From NCBI RefSeq assembly GCF_021028975.2, contig NC_059434.1:60884001-60948000 (forward strand): a stretch of DNA of 64,000 nt, given 5' to 3'. The notes beneath the pieces were generated by a model. The model ran no database searches. It saw only the letters and a list, made by a program, of their open reading frames with translations, and was not told the DNA's origin. Each line of letters begins with the position of its first letter. Position 1 is the stretch's first letter. Shown piece by piece: positions 1 to 13,579 of this stretch. The DNA is from Sphaerodactylus townsendi (lineage: Eukaryota). A program made the position numbers and the translations under genes.

Positions 1-3000
1 TTCCAAATATTCTGTTTAAAGGGATTAGATAGTAAGAAAGGTGGTGAAAAACTACCAGAAAGACCTCTGTCTAAGATAGTGAAAGACCTCCACCTAAGGG
101 CCAAACTAGATGTGGCAGCAGGTTTTAAAATGCCATAAAGGCCTGATCCAGATCGGGCCTACAGCACGGTGGCTGATATGCTCTTGTCCCTCCCCCACCC
201 CCACATGTGCCTTTTAAAGTTCTAAACTGACCAAATATACCTCCTCCCCCAGCGACTGTTTCAGCCGGAGCCATGAGGAATTAATTTTGCACATGAGGCA
301 TGAATATAAAATGGCACCTCCTATATTTTCACAGTTATCATTTTGGTATAAAGGTAAATAAATAAATAACAGGAGTAATAACAGGAGTTTATTTTTGTCT
401 TGATATACTTTTTCTGCAGCTTTGTGCACCCAAGGTAAGTAAGTGGCTAACTTGTTAACAGCTCTGGTTTTAATAGTTTTCAAAGCGTGAGGCGGACAAA
501 GGTACTTTCAACCCATTAATGCTGTGTGTTGTGGCATTTGCATTTGCTTGAATGTTTTGCGCTCCAGCATCCACAAATTTTTTCAGATGCATGTCCTCTA
601 AGACCCTGGATATCTGCTATCAGAATGCGGAAATCAGACAAAAGGTAATCTTGATGTATTCTGATTCAATATAAGGCAGCTTAGCTCAGGTTCAAATTCC
701 TACTCTATCGTGGAAGCTTGCTGATTGACCTTGGGCCAGGATTGTCTCAGCCTAACCTATTTCACAATGGCCTCTTATGAAAGCACAGCTTACCTCAGAT
801 TTTCCCAGTGGTCAAAGCTTGTGTTTTGGAAATATTTTCTGTGAAATCATCCCGCACACATCCTTTCCCCCCATCATTTTAGGGGTTTACCCCTTGTCTC
901 TTCAGTTGCATTTTTTCTACAGGCTATTGTAGAAAATGTATTATTTGTGATGGTGGTGGGATATCATCCATGCACAAGAACAACCCCCACCTTTTTTCTT
1001 TTGTGTAGGGGCTCTAGTGTTGCTGCAATTCAAAAATGTTTCTGCCCCCATTTTTACTACTGAGAACTACCAATCCAAAATGGAAGCCAAAACAACTCCT
1101 GCAGCAGGCGCTATTACTTGAAGGAACAGAAACACATAGCCCACCCACCCCCTCCACAAAGAATCACATTTTCAGCCAAATTAGAGCTGCAGTAAGACAT
1201 GATTGTTATTGTAGCAATTCCTTGTCAATTTCCTCCTGCAAAAGCAACTTTTTTGTCAGTTTCACTGACTCCTATCTGTAGACATGTGTATCTTCACCTT
1301 AATGTTACATTGATAATTCAAGATGAAATTGACGAAGCTGAAATTGACAAAGCTGAAATTGACAAAACTGATATGATGGACCTGGTTTGTTTCTGTGCCC
1401 TAAGGTTACATTGTAGCCCATCCTCCCACAACAATTGACCCTAATTGTTTGTATCTCTGGCTGAATGTTCCATTGCAACTTCTATATGAAACTGATACTA
1501 ATCTAATCAACTCTGCATGTGTGTGAGTGTATCTCTGCCTGAACATTACATTTCTAGGTCGATGTGACAAAGAGAATTGTTTTTTTAATTCCTTTTGAAA
1601 ATAGGAGGACGGAGAGGAGAAAATGGCTGAAGGGGAGATTGGTGATTATATGAAGGCATGGATAAGGACCAGGTGTTTAGAGCGCGAGAAAAAAAAGACT
1701 TTTTCAACATGATCAAATCCTCAAGGGAAGCTGACTTGGAAACAGCTAGAAAAAAAGTACATGGGAAAATGCTCAGGAAAACAATGGAGGAAAAATGAAG
1801 GAAAAATAGTTTCAGAAACAAATGGAGCAACCCCCGCCCCCCCGAATTAAAAGAAAAAATGTAGCATTTGGTGGCAAAATACTTTGTAAACATCTTATGC
1901 AGAAAAGGCCAGAGTTGTTGTTATGAGGAGGGCAGAAGATATTTTAAACTGGGTTCCTGTTGTGGAAAAGAACTGGCTATAAAAAAAAATAAACCATCTT
2001 TATCTCACTCATTCAATCCATACTGTAGAAATATGCAGGCATTGTTTCACTTTGTTGCTGTTCACAGTGCATTACTTGTTCAGTTGTGGTAGAAAACGCT
2101 CAACTATAGAAGCAAGTTTTGCTATTCTGCATGTAATTGCTTTGCTTCTTTTGGCCCTAACAGCTTGCGGCCTTTCTATTCCCTGGGTGAAAACTGCTCT
2201 TTGCTGCTCCATCAGGGCTGCTCGTTCCTGCTTCCACATTTCTTTCCTACAAGCTTTTTCTGGGTTCTTCCCCATTTATTAGCCCTCCATATAAGAGTAG
2301 GAAGTGTTTTATTTATTTATTTTAAATGAATCATTTTATTGAGATAACGTTGTTTAAAATACAAAATGAGTCCCTCTGGAATTCTTATTAGTGCAGGAGT
2401 GAGTAAGAGAGAATAAACTAGATGGTAATATTATTGCAGTGGTCTCATTTTCTGTAATTTTACTAAGAATATTGACAGAAAAGGGTCAGCACCTGATTCT
2501 TTTGAATTGGTTTCAAGAATGGATTGGGAGATAACAACACTAGGAAACATCCACCCAAATGTTTCAACAACAAAAAAGAATCTTTGGAGAACAGCAGTTC
2601 CATAATGAAGAGAATCCGATCCAATCTTGCCATCATCAATTTGTTGTAATGTGAATGTTTTGTCACAATGGTTATGTCAAATGTAAGTGTGATTTTTCTT
2701 AATGTTGTAAAAAAATCGTTATGGTCTGCCAACACATTTTGGACTGCCATTTAGAGACAAGCTCTAAAGATGACCTTTAAAGCAATCAATAATTTTTACT
2801 TTAATCCTGTCCAGTGACTCTGGGGGGGATGTGGAATGGTATAGTACAGCAGGATCCTGTCAAATCTCAAAGCTAAGCAAGGTCAGTACTTTGATAGAAG
2901 AAGGAAAGAAGGAAAACTTTGCAGAGGGAGGCAATAGCAAACCACCTCTGCTTAATCATTTGCCTTGGAAACTCAATGTGGTTGCCGTAAAACACTGTGA

Positions 3001-4307
3001 TTGACAGCACCTTACCCATGCACACACTGCCACTGAGAAATTCAGTGAATTCCCAGTCAATCCACTGCTGCTCGCCCTACTCTATTAGCCATGAAAGGAT
3101 GTCAACTAGATTACTAGTATGCAACTAAGATGCAACAAAATTACTAATACCTCCCCAAATTTTTGCTATTGGGAGGAAGAGTTAGGATGGTGGTGGTGAC
3201 ATTCATAAATGTTAAGCTCAGTAGTGACATAAGTGTGACTCCCAACATTCATACCATTTCAACATCTGGAAAGGAAGGGGAGTATCTCACAGTAGATAGA
3301 TAACTATTTTGCCCTCTGTCTTCTTTAGATGATAAGAAATACCATATCTCACAATGTTTGCTCAGCAGCTCCACAATTTGCCTCTCTTGTCTTCCTACTT
3401 TATGACCGCGAAGTTAAAATTTTAAATAGCTGCTGTATTTGCTATTGTGATGGACGGGGCAGGGGGGGGGATTTTTTCCCCCTTGTAGGGGAGGCGGTCA
3501 TCCTGCCTTCTGTTTGCTGTCTCTTGTTAATCTTTATGCAATTATCATGGAAAATATTATGCAGAAATATCACACAGCTTAACAAGCTGTGAGGAAATGT
3601 GCAAAAAGCCATTCACCCTGCAGCGGATTAGAAAGTAGCATTGATGAACGGCTGACTCCAACCATGATCTTAACAAAAGGACTAGTAACATAATCACTGG
3701 AGACCAGAATTTATGCAGGCTGGTCTGTAAAAACTTTTGCCAGAGATACTAAAAGTCTGGCCTCAATACAATTGTTCTCAGTAACGGTAAGCGTTCATCT
3801 GCATGTATTTAAATGAATATAATTTTTCCCTTGAAGAAAATAAAGCATTAACAATTTTTGCTCACACCTAAGTTCCAGTGCTTATGATTTACTTATTTAA
3901 AGTTGGGGGAGTGGGGAATACACATTTACTAATATCCCTTTGGACTAAGTAGGGACGTTATTCACAAACATTCAGATTAGATTACAAATTTTTACTGGTG
4001 TCCACCTGAACATTCTGTCATGTTTCCAGCAGAGATTTAGTACAATATAACGCAGTGTAAACAAGTTTACAGGGAAGTGAGTCTAGTTTTATTCAATGAG
4101 GTTTACTCCCAAAAAAGTGTTTTTTTCTCCAGACTTCAGCGATTTGTTTCACTGGAGAAAATGAATGCTGGAACATGGACTCAGCAATATTGTAGGCTAT
4201 TCCCCCAGTTTCCATCCTCAAATCTCTAGGAGTTTCGCAGCCTGGATCTGGCAACCCTATCCCCTCCATCCCGCCAGTGCCAGGGGTTACCTGACAATCC
4301 TAGCTTT

Positions 4308-4500
4308 NNNNNNNNNNNNNNNNNNNNNNNNNNNNNNNNNNNNNNNNNNNNNNNNNNNNNNNNNNNNNNNNNNNNNNNNNNNNNNNNNNNNNNNNNNNNN
4401 NNNNNNNNNNNNNNNNNNNNNNNNNNNNNNNNNNNNNNNNNNNNNNNNNNNNNNNNNNNNNNNNNNNNNNNNNNNNNNNNNNNNNNNNNNNNNNNNNNNN
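4308..4500. other. Assembly gap (193 N)
   Basis: Run of N. Confidence 1.
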
Positions 4501-4819
4501 GCAGAATAAAGTGAGACAAATCATAAACCTATACGAACAAAATCAGTTTCTGTTCTTTTTGCATCAGTTCCGTATTAATCTGCTACACCCAAATAACAAG
4601 CCTTTGACACCTGAAAGGTTAACGCTCTATTTTGTTTTTGCATCTCGCGGCCTTCCAGATGTTATGGAGTACAGTTCCCATCATCCCCCTGTAGTCCATA
4701 ACATCCGAAGGGTCGCGAGTTTGACACCTGTGTGCTATAGGGTACAAGTAAATAACACGTTGCTGAAGGCCGGATCCTTCCACCAAGTTCTAAAAAAACG
4801 CGTCTGGATATTTTCCGTA

Positions 4820-4925
4820 CAACATGGCGGCGCGCATTCCAACGCCTCCTTTCCTGGGTTCCCATGAAACCACGTTCTACTTCCGGGTTGGGGCCTGGGC
4901 TTGCGCTTTGACCGAGTCTCCATTT
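4820..4925 (+). promoter_or_regulatory. RPL34 CpG-rich TATA-less promoter with YY1-like (CAACATGGCGGC, 4820-4831) and ETS/GABP (ACTTCCGG, 4879-4886) motifs
   Basis: Local CpG enrichment immediately upstream of the TOP tract; YY1 and GABP sites are typical of vertebrate ribosomal-protein promoters. Confidence 0.7.
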
Positions 4926-4960
4926 CTTTCTTTCTCTTCCGGTGGCGGCGCTAACGCTGG
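4926..4960 (+). other. RPL34: RPL34 non-coding exon 1 with 5' terminal oligopyrimidine (TOP) tract
   Basis: CTTTCTTTCTCTTCC followed by GGTGGCGGCG and donor TGG|GTAAGG at 4960/4961; exact TSS uncertain. Confidence 0.8.
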
Positions 4961-6221
4961 GTAAGGGATTCTTCCTCTCCTTTTGGTCGAAGGGAGATTG
5001 AATCCGTTTCCATCCGCGGGTTTAGGAACTGGGAGAGCTTGAGGGTCAGCTGTGTGATGGGTCAGAGTCCCGGAGGGTCTGTTGTTGGGTCTGTTGTTGG
5101 AGAGCGAGGAAATGCCGAGTGTGTTACCAGCGCGTTTGCGAAAAGGCCTGTCCGGCTGGACCCGGTTTGAATGAAGGCCTGAGAACAGGCCAACTCCCTC
5201 TCTCCTTCGCTAGGAACACTGAGTCTTCATTGAGTATATTCTTTTTTTCCCCTGCTACTTACCCAGTGCTGACCTTTGGGGTACGGTATTTGAAGACAGA
5301 AAAAACCCTAAATTCAGACTGCAGAAAACCCCTTTGCTTGTATTTTATTTCCCAATTCATTCTGCTGAATGGAGTAAGAACCGAGGTTGTGTTGTGAATA
5401 TTTAATGGAGATCATACTCCTGTGCTACCTATATAATTGTGGGTATTTATTTCATCTTTGGATGTTTATTTCCGTCCGAGTTGGGAGCACCGGCCATTCT
5501 TAGCTTTGCCGTGTAATTCGGTGTTGCAGGCATCTTAGCCCGGAAATAGATCCAAGTGAATCAAAAGGGATTTGCTGCTGGGAACTGTGCTGTGCTGTAA
5601 AATGCTTTCATAGGAAGCCGGACTTTGGCCAGATACTCGTGGCTTCTCCGAGAGATAGTGTTCTGTACAGTGCTAAATCTGGGCAGGAAAGGCTGGGATT
5701 GAACAACCTATTCAGCCATGAAGTTATTGTCTGTGTTCTGGATACACACATGATTGCTAAATCCTATATCTGTTATGTTTAAGACCAATTCCTGTCTCTT
5801 AGAATGACTTCTGGAGAGAATAGCGAAGTAGGGTTGTGATTGTCAACCGTGGTGTCTCAGTAGGAACAAAGATCTGTGGTGTGTTTTGTAATGCAGGTAC
5901 AGTCTCTGGCTCTTGTTACTGATGCTTCTGACTTTGCTGAAGCACACAGACAGAAGCAGTGAAGTTTACTTGCTACAAGCTGCAGAGATTGAGGTCATTC
6001 CCTTCATGGGCCAGTCACACTTTCTTGTAGCCTAGCTTAATTCACAGCATTGCCATCTAGATAGAGGGTGTGGAGTGGAAGAGAAACTGTACTGGTTTCA
6101 GTTCTTTGAAAGACTGAAACATATAAAGGATATAAATGCTGTTTCTAGATACATAATCATAGGCTCTTGCATTCTAAAGCCCCTTCTAACATTATTTCTT
6201 GGGGTTTTTTAGGTCTGAAAC

Positions 6222-6286
6222 ATGGTCCAACGCTTGACATACCGCCGTAGGCTGTCCTACAATACAGCCTCTAACAAGACTAGACT
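6222..6286 (+). CDS. RPL34: 60S ribosomal protein L34 (eL34), coding exon 1 (MVQRLTYRRRLSYNTASNKTRL)
   Basis: Acceptor AG 6211-6212, ATG 6222, donor GTAAG 6287; translation matches the vertebrate RPL34 N-terminus. Confidence 0.98.
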
Positions 6287-6347
6287 GTAAGTAAAACCCT
6301 GACTATTATTGAATTCCATGTGTTGTCATTGTGGGAGAGTCCATTAA

Positions 6348-6485
<138 letters not shown>

Positions 6486-6519
6486 TGAATTTGTGTTAAC
6501 TAGTTTGCGTAATAAAGGC

Positions 6520-6682
6520 GGTTGAAGACTTTCACGGCCGGAATCGCTGGGGTGTTGTGGAGTTTCCAGGCTGTATGGCCCTGTTCCAGTAGCATTTTCT
6601 CCTGATGTTTCGCCTGCATCTGTGGCTGGCATCTTCAGATCCAGGCGAAACGTCAGGAGAAAATGCTACTGGAACACAGCCA
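6520..6682 (-). mobile_element. Penelope-like element terminal fragment with inverted segment and minimal hammerhead motif
   Basis: Minus strand CTGAAGATGCCAGCCACAGATGCAGGCGAAACATCAGG; inverted copy GGCGAAACGTCAGGAGAAAATGCTACTGGAACA. Confidence 0.72.
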
Positions 6683-7297
6683 GTAGTTATTATGCATTTC
6701 AAGAAAATCCGTGATAAGACACCAGGTGGACAGTGCTAGCGTACTTCTTCCAAGCTGTGAATAACTGGATTAGGTTTCTTTTTTTCTAGCAACATCTTTG
6801 TGTACTCAGAAGGTGGAGATAAAAAGTTATTTCTGCTTTCTTTTTGATGCAGAAGCAAAAAAGTCTACTGCTGATTTACAGGGACAACCAAACCCATCTC
6901 TTTTTATCTCCCTTTTATGTAACAGGGAGGAGAACAGTAATGTGTTCTGCTTTCAGACATAGTTGACAATTAAAACTTTAAAAAGGAAATCAGCTTTTGT
7001 CTTCCTGGTGCACTGTTCACGGGAAGTAGCAACTTGCAAAACAATTATATGGCTAGTACAGGAGTATATTATTAATTAAATGTTAGCAGTGTCATTTTAC
7101 AGTATTGAAAATGCTAGCAGTGCTGTGCTACTGTATTGAAATGTATTTCGATTACATGGTTTAAGAGTAACAATCTCAGATTAAATAAAATGTGTATACT
7201 TAGGGCATTATAGGACTAGCGTGCTTAAAACAAAAGGGGTTTTGCTAAAGAATTCAGCAGTGTTTTTTTTTTAAAGATACAGGAGGATTGCTGCTAA

Positions 7298-7480
<183 letters not shown>

Positions 7481-7795
7481 TAACTTGCATCTCGCATAAT
7501 CATTCTCTTGAAGTTCATAAGTTTTTAGATTGAGTTGCACTTGTAACTTGCTTACAATTTGTTTATGTAGTGAACATAAGGCTGCAAGACTGTACTGCTT
7601 ATCGATTGATGCTGATGAGTCTGTCCAGGAGTACTCAGTTTGTAGCTTTTAAAATAACAAAATGGATTCCTATTGTCTGCTTCCACTGCAGACTCCCTCA
7701 TGGTGAAAAGCTAGATGTGGAAAGGTTTTGCCTGGTTACTGCTAACCCAGTTTAGGGTGGAGTGAAGCGGCTTCCTTAAATTAAATATTGGCTAT

Positions 7796-7936
7796 GGCTC
7801 ATTCCGCACATGCAGAATAATGCACTTTCAAGCTGCTTTCAGTGCTCTTTAAAGCTGTGCAGAATAGCAAAATCTACTTGCAAACAGTTGTGAAAGTGGC
7901 TTGAAAACGCATTATTTTGCGTATGCGGAAGGGGCC
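7796..7936. mobile_element. PIF/Harbinger-like MITE in an RPL34 intron (relatives at ~32462-32600, ~50344-50494, degenerate ~62944-63092)
   Basis: TIRs GGCTCATTCCGCACATGCAGAATAATGC / GCATTATTTTGCGTATGCGGAAGGGGCC; 3-bp TSD TAT. Confidence 0.75.
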
Positions 7937-8617
7937 TATGTTAGCAGATGCACTTTTCTGCCCCATAGGATCCTGCTGTGGCTGAAACTGGAGGATCTAA
8001 CTTTCCACTAGAATTGACAAGCTGTTTAGATTAAATGGATTTAATAGGCCGTAGTGTGTGTGCAATGCCATGTGTTTTCTGGAAAAGTTTCCTCTGCCAT
8101 AAGAAGAGTATGATCTTAGTTGACTGATTCCTTATGTTAGTTTTATGTCCCAGTAATAACAAGTACTCGACTGTTTATATAAGGAAAATAATGAAATGTT
8201 GTTTAAATGTTACATTCAAAAAATACAGTTTCATAGAAAACATTATAGATTGTACTTCCCTTGCATTGTTTAAATTTAAGGAGAGAGGCAGTGAAAACTG
8301 CTGAGACACTTAACTAAAATTTGAGGAGTTCTGAACTAGAGTTTTCTTCTGTGCTCTTAATTTGCTATAAGTATTTCGAAATAAGCTAAAATATGCTATG
8401 AACCGTGAAAGGCTTTCATAGCCAGAATCAATTGGATGTTGTGGGTTTTCCGGGTCGTGTGGTAATTTTGCTGCTAACATTTTCCCACATCTATGTCTGG
8501 AATCGCCAGAGGCATGTCACAGTAAGATGTGTTTCCATTGCGGAAAACCCATAACGCTGTAAAATATTGTATTTTTAAAAATGGGTACTGGTTATTAACA
8601 GTCATGGACTGTTCTGA

Positions 8618-8734
<117 letters not shown>

Positions 8735-8750
8735 ATATTTGTGTTTGCCT

Positions 8751-8756
8751 AATAAA
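8751..8756 (+). terminator. RPL34 polyadenylation signal AATAAA
   Basis: AATAAA 16 nt after the stop, followed by T/GT-rich sequence; short 3' UTR typical of RP genes. Confidence 0.85.
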
Positions 8757-10116
8757 TGAAAATTGAACTTTCTCTTGTATACTGTGATGTTATTTTGAGT
8801 TAAAAATGTGTTCAGCGTTGTGATTGATTGCTGAGGATGCAAGGTAGTGATTGCTTTGCTTCTAATTGCTCTTTAACTTGTAAGCCTTGAATAATTTGCA
8901 TGGTGAGAAATAGAAGCCTTTGAAAGAACATTTTTCAGATTCTGTGCTGTTCAGAACTATTTCTCGTGGCCTGCCTGTTAAAATGCGTGTCGTTTATGTG
9001 CATGGCACTTTTCAGGCTGACAACAAAGGGGCAGATCCCTGCCCTAAAGAGATTGAAGGCTGGCAAAAGTGGCTATAGAGGAAGGGAATGGCACAATGAT
9101 GAATAATTTACATGCTGTTCAGTTTATACTTAGGCTCAGTTGCATTAGAGTATGAGGACTTAAAGCAGTATTTTCACAGGAAAGGTAGGTTTTATGGAGA
9201 GATCTCGTGAGAGAAGCAAAATTGTACAGGTCTTCAGTGAGGGGGTTTCATGCTTCAGGAGCAGCAAGAGAAAAGGATGAAATAAGTTGCAGAGATGGGA
9301 GATCCAGGATTGCTGATGGGGAGCAACTGGCCCCAAGTGAGCCTCATGGTAGTGTGTGAGTTTGAACTCTGCTATCCTTTTAACTGTACACCCACGTGGG
9401 ACCATTAGCACATCCTTTCTTTAAATGGATGTTAAAATGAAGAGTAGAGTAACAACTGCCAATGAAAAGGAAGAGAGCTGCAACTCCAGGGATCGTTCCA
9501 TTCAGCCTGAAATATTTGGCCACGCATTTATGTTTAGATTTCTTGATTTTATAAAATCACTATAGCCACACTGATTTTCTGACCTTGCTAACTGCTATTG
9601 TGACAATTTAGAACTGGTATATGTTGCTTTTTAGTTTAAATTTAATGAATAAGAATAGCTTATTTTTTGAGACAAATAAGAAATTTCATTTGCAATGGTT
9701 CCAGAGGATTTAGGTATATTGGCCAGTAGTTCATGTAAGGTGAGAATAAGTCCTGATTGTAGGGAAACAGCACTTTACTGAATGTGGCATTAGGCTGGTC
9801 ATCATCAACCTTTCCTTTAGCAAGAGCTGTTTTAAATAAAGAATCCCACATTTCTTCCTCCCACCCCCCCGCTACCATGTTCCAGAGCTGGGAGAAGGAA
9901 GTTATCAGCCAAGCAGCATGGAATACTAGGAAATAAAAGCCTAGATATTTCACTGTACTTTATGGGGCTGCAAGAACCTCTCTGAACTCGTACCTCATTA
10001 GCTACCTGTTCAGGTCCCCTGATCTAGGCCAGTCATTTGCGTTGATACAGAATGATGTGCACTACTTAAACCATCTTGGACTGATGATTTTTCAGTTTCA
10101 ACTGCATACTTCCTGG

Positions 10117-10207
10117 GAATAGAATAGAATAGAATAGAATCTTTATTGGCCAAGTGTGATTGGACACACAAGGAATTTGTCTCCGGTGCATATGCTCTCA
10201 GTGTACA
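10117..10207 (-). mobile_element. LINE 3' end (Rex1/Babar-like) with (CTATT)n tail
   Basis: Minus strand CAAATTCCTTGTGTGTCCAATCACACTTGGCCAATAAAG followed by (ATTCT)n. Confidence 0.6.
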
Positions 10208-10275
10208 GTGCATATGCTCTCAGTGGAAGAGTGTTCTTGCAGCACTTTGCAGTAATACTTGCCATGGAATAGGAT

Positions 10276-10559
10276 AAGAGTTTGGATTTATATCCAGCTT
10301 TTCTCAGCTGCACAGAGTTTCAAAGCAGCTTACAGACTCCTTTCCTTCTCCTCACAACAGACACCTTGTGAGGTAGGTGTGGCTGAGAGTTCTGAGAGAA
10401 CTGGTTAGCCCAAGGTCACCTAGCAGGCTTCATGTGTAGGAGCAGGGAAAACAATCCAGTTCACCAGATAAGAGTCCACTGCTCATGTGGAGGAGTGGAA
10501 ACTCAAAACCAAGTTCTTCAGATTGGAGTCCACCGCTCCTAACCACTACACCATGCTGG
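10276..10559 (-). mobile_element. tRNA-derived CORE-type SINE (Squam3-like)
   Basis: Homologous to the 61501-61783 copy. Confidence 0.85.
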
Positions 10560-11096
10560 TTCTTTTTATAGGGTATGGTCTACTTTCTGATGTGGGCCTA
10601 GAATCTTGGCAGCGTATTTAATGGTTGAACCATTTAATGATTGAAAGCTTTCCTGAGCACTTCCTCTAAAATGCACATTTATCCTAACAATTTGGAATTT
10701 CCTGCAAGTATGTTCCCATGCAAGAATTCTTGCAGTGACACATTTTCCATCTGTAGTCACGCAGCGTACATTCAGCACTTTTTTATTTTTTGGAAGTCTG
10801 TGTAGAAACTGTTACTCTCCTGAGAGACAACAACGATGTGATATCATGTGCTCTTCATTTTCATCTGCAGAAGATCAGGAAGATCAGATAGGCTTTGTGT
10901 GCAGCTTAGTATTACATACCTGAATTTGCCTACACACATGCAGAGGAATGAGGAGGGTGACAGCATTGTAGACATAGACAGGTATGTTGTCTGTGCTCTG
11001 GACTACCCATAACGTACTCTAAAAGCTTTGAACTGTGGCATACTTTAAAGAATGACTAGTCTTGTGATCCTCAGTTTTAGGATTGCAGCATCTTCA

Positions 11097-11391
11097 GAGC
11101 CAGCGTGGTATAGTGGTTAAGAGCATGTGCACTCTAATCTAGAGAACTGGGTTTGATTTCCCGCTCTGCCACTTGAGCTATGGAAACTTAGCAGGTGAAC
11201 TAGATTAGCTTGTGCACTCCAACACCTGCCAGCTGGGTGACCTTGGGCTACTCACAGTTCTTCCAAGCTCAGCCCCACTCACCTCGCGGGGTGTTTGTTG
11301 TGAGAAGGGAAGGGAAAGGAGATTTTTAAGCTTCTTTGAGTCTCCTTACAGGAGAGAAAGGGGGGATATAAATCCAACTCCTCCTTTTCTT
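11097..11391 (+). mobile_element. tRNA-derived SINE (Squam3-like)
   Basis: A box TGGTATAGTGG, B box GGTTTGATTTCC, GGGTGACCTTGGGC core, CTT-like tail. Confidence 0.87.
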
Positions 11392-11974
11392 CAGTTCCTA
11401 ATAACGACCAACTGTCATAAAGTAGAAAGCAGCTAATTATAAAATGGCATTTGAATGAACAAAAGATTGTGATAAATATTTTAAATAGCCTGAAAAGCTG
11501 TGCTAGTGGTAAAAACAAAGTGAAAGCATTAGGAAACTTGTCAAATGTTAATAAGATCAGATTTTAACTTAAAAAATAAGCATAAAGATAAATGCAATTC
11601 AAAGATCAAGGGCAGCCTTTGGGGGTCTGATGTGCTTTTTGAATTATCTTTGCATCTGCAGTTCAGTAAATAATTTAAAGATGTGCTCTATCAGAACAAG
11701 CCTGTTAAAGGGGAAAATGAGGATAAGTGAATGAGCTTGACTTCACAGCTAAAAATGGGCTCAGTAACTTGTCAGTGAATTATCTTTAGCAGTATTTTTC
11801 ATGTTTACTTGAAAAGTGGTCCATCTGATTTTTAATAGGACATTTCCAAGTAATTTTGCCTTGGCTGCCTATGTTTTTTTCAGGCGATCTAAAAAAAAAC
11901 CCTCCTACTTTTCTCATTCACCTTCCTCCACATAGCTGAATTAGATCTGTGGCACCAGTTCTTCCTGGAAGAGT

Positions 11975-12263
11975 GAAGGAGGAAGAGGAGGAGTTATATC
12001 CCACCTTTCTCTCCTTTAAGGAGACTCAAGGTGGCTTACAACCTCCTTTCCTCTTCCCACAACAAACACCTTGTGAGGTAGGTGGGGCTGAGAGAATTCT
12101 GAGAGAACTGTGACTAGCCCAAGGTCACCCAGCAGGAATGTAGGAGTGGGGAAACAGATGAGGTTGACCAGATAAGCCTCTGCCACTCAGGTGGAGGAGT
12201 GAGGAATCAAACCCAGTTCTCCAGATTAGAATCCACCTGCTCTTAACCACTACACCATGCTGG
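11975..12263 (-). mobile_element. tRNA-derived SINE (Squam3-like)
   Basis: Same family, reverse orientation. Confidence 0.87.
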
Positions 12264-13579
12264 TACTTTTTAAGCAACTGTGATGGGCAGCCCAATCCAG
12301 AGTGAGAAGCTGCAAAGCTGCACCAGAACATTTACTTACCCCATCGGCATAAGTGGTATCTATGCTGACAGGAAGGGTAAAGGCAAGCAGGTGCGTGGAC
12401 CTCCATGTGCCTTATCTGGAAAAGCCTGCTGCCAGAAGAGCCAGTTAACGCTGCTTGGGACAGGAATTGGCCATGCTGGTAGGGGCTGATGGGAATTGTA
12501 GTTCCTGAACATCTGGAGAGCCGCAGGTTCCCTACCCCTGGGCTAGGGGCATCCTGGTAGTAGTGCTGACTTTAGTCTGCTTCTAATGGGCTTTTGAGCT
12601 CCCGGTGCAGGCTTCTGACTTGGGTAAATCCAGTTGGCCCTTTAGAGGGTTTTCAACTGGCGGGGCTTTTCCCCAGATTTCATTGCACTACTTGGAAACC
12701 TAGAGGTGTCCCCGGCCACCACGGCCTCTAGATTGAACTGTACATTTCTCAGCCTTCATGTATCTGACACAAATGTACATAAGCACTATGGTGGCTCTTA
12801 TTGCAAAGTGAATAGGTAATAATTTTTTACCCTGGCTTATTTACAGGGCAGTCCAGAGCTCAATTGCCTTTCAGTTTTGCATGCAATCCTGAATCAAGGA
12901 AAGTATAAGTAGTGGAGTCATCTGAAGCTTCAGCATGGCAAAGAACTACTATCTGATGGAGTAATCAGTTGTGCATAAAGTAGTACAAAAGCCAAAAGGA
13001 TTAGATCACCTTTTAGCACAGCCTTTTAACTGATACAAGTGAAATCTGAAAATAAGGCAATTTTAAATGGGAAAATGGCTGCTGCAATTGATCAAGGAAA
13101 AGCAAAAAGTGTCAAGGGAAACACTTAAAAAACCTGTACCAGTTTGCTCATTGAAGTAACGAATGGAAACAATGTAAGCTTGGAAAACTACCAAACTGTG
13201 GTTCTTTAGCAGTGAAAAACTAAATACACTATAAAACAACATGCTTATCTGGAAGAAAGTCCCACTGCCTTAGTGAGGCTTCATGCGAGGTACCTGATGT
13301 TGCAATCCTATGCATGAACTGTTCATCTCACTTTTGACTGACCCTATGCATCAAACTCCATCCCTTTCAAAGAGTAATTCTGCCGCACTGTGGCTGCTTT
13401 AATGAACTACAACAGTTAACTCTCAAAAACTTTCAAAAATTATTTCTAGTTATGATTGGAATCCTATGCAAACTTAGCTGGAGTTAAGCTTTTTTCAACA
13501 TAGTGGAATGAGGTTACTAATGAGTGAACATGAATATAACTGCATTAATACACTTCCCTCTTCTATCCATTCAATTATT

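Noticed and set aside
4165-4524. ORFs spanning N runs (also 47619-48177)
   Set aside because: Artefacts of the assembly gaps.
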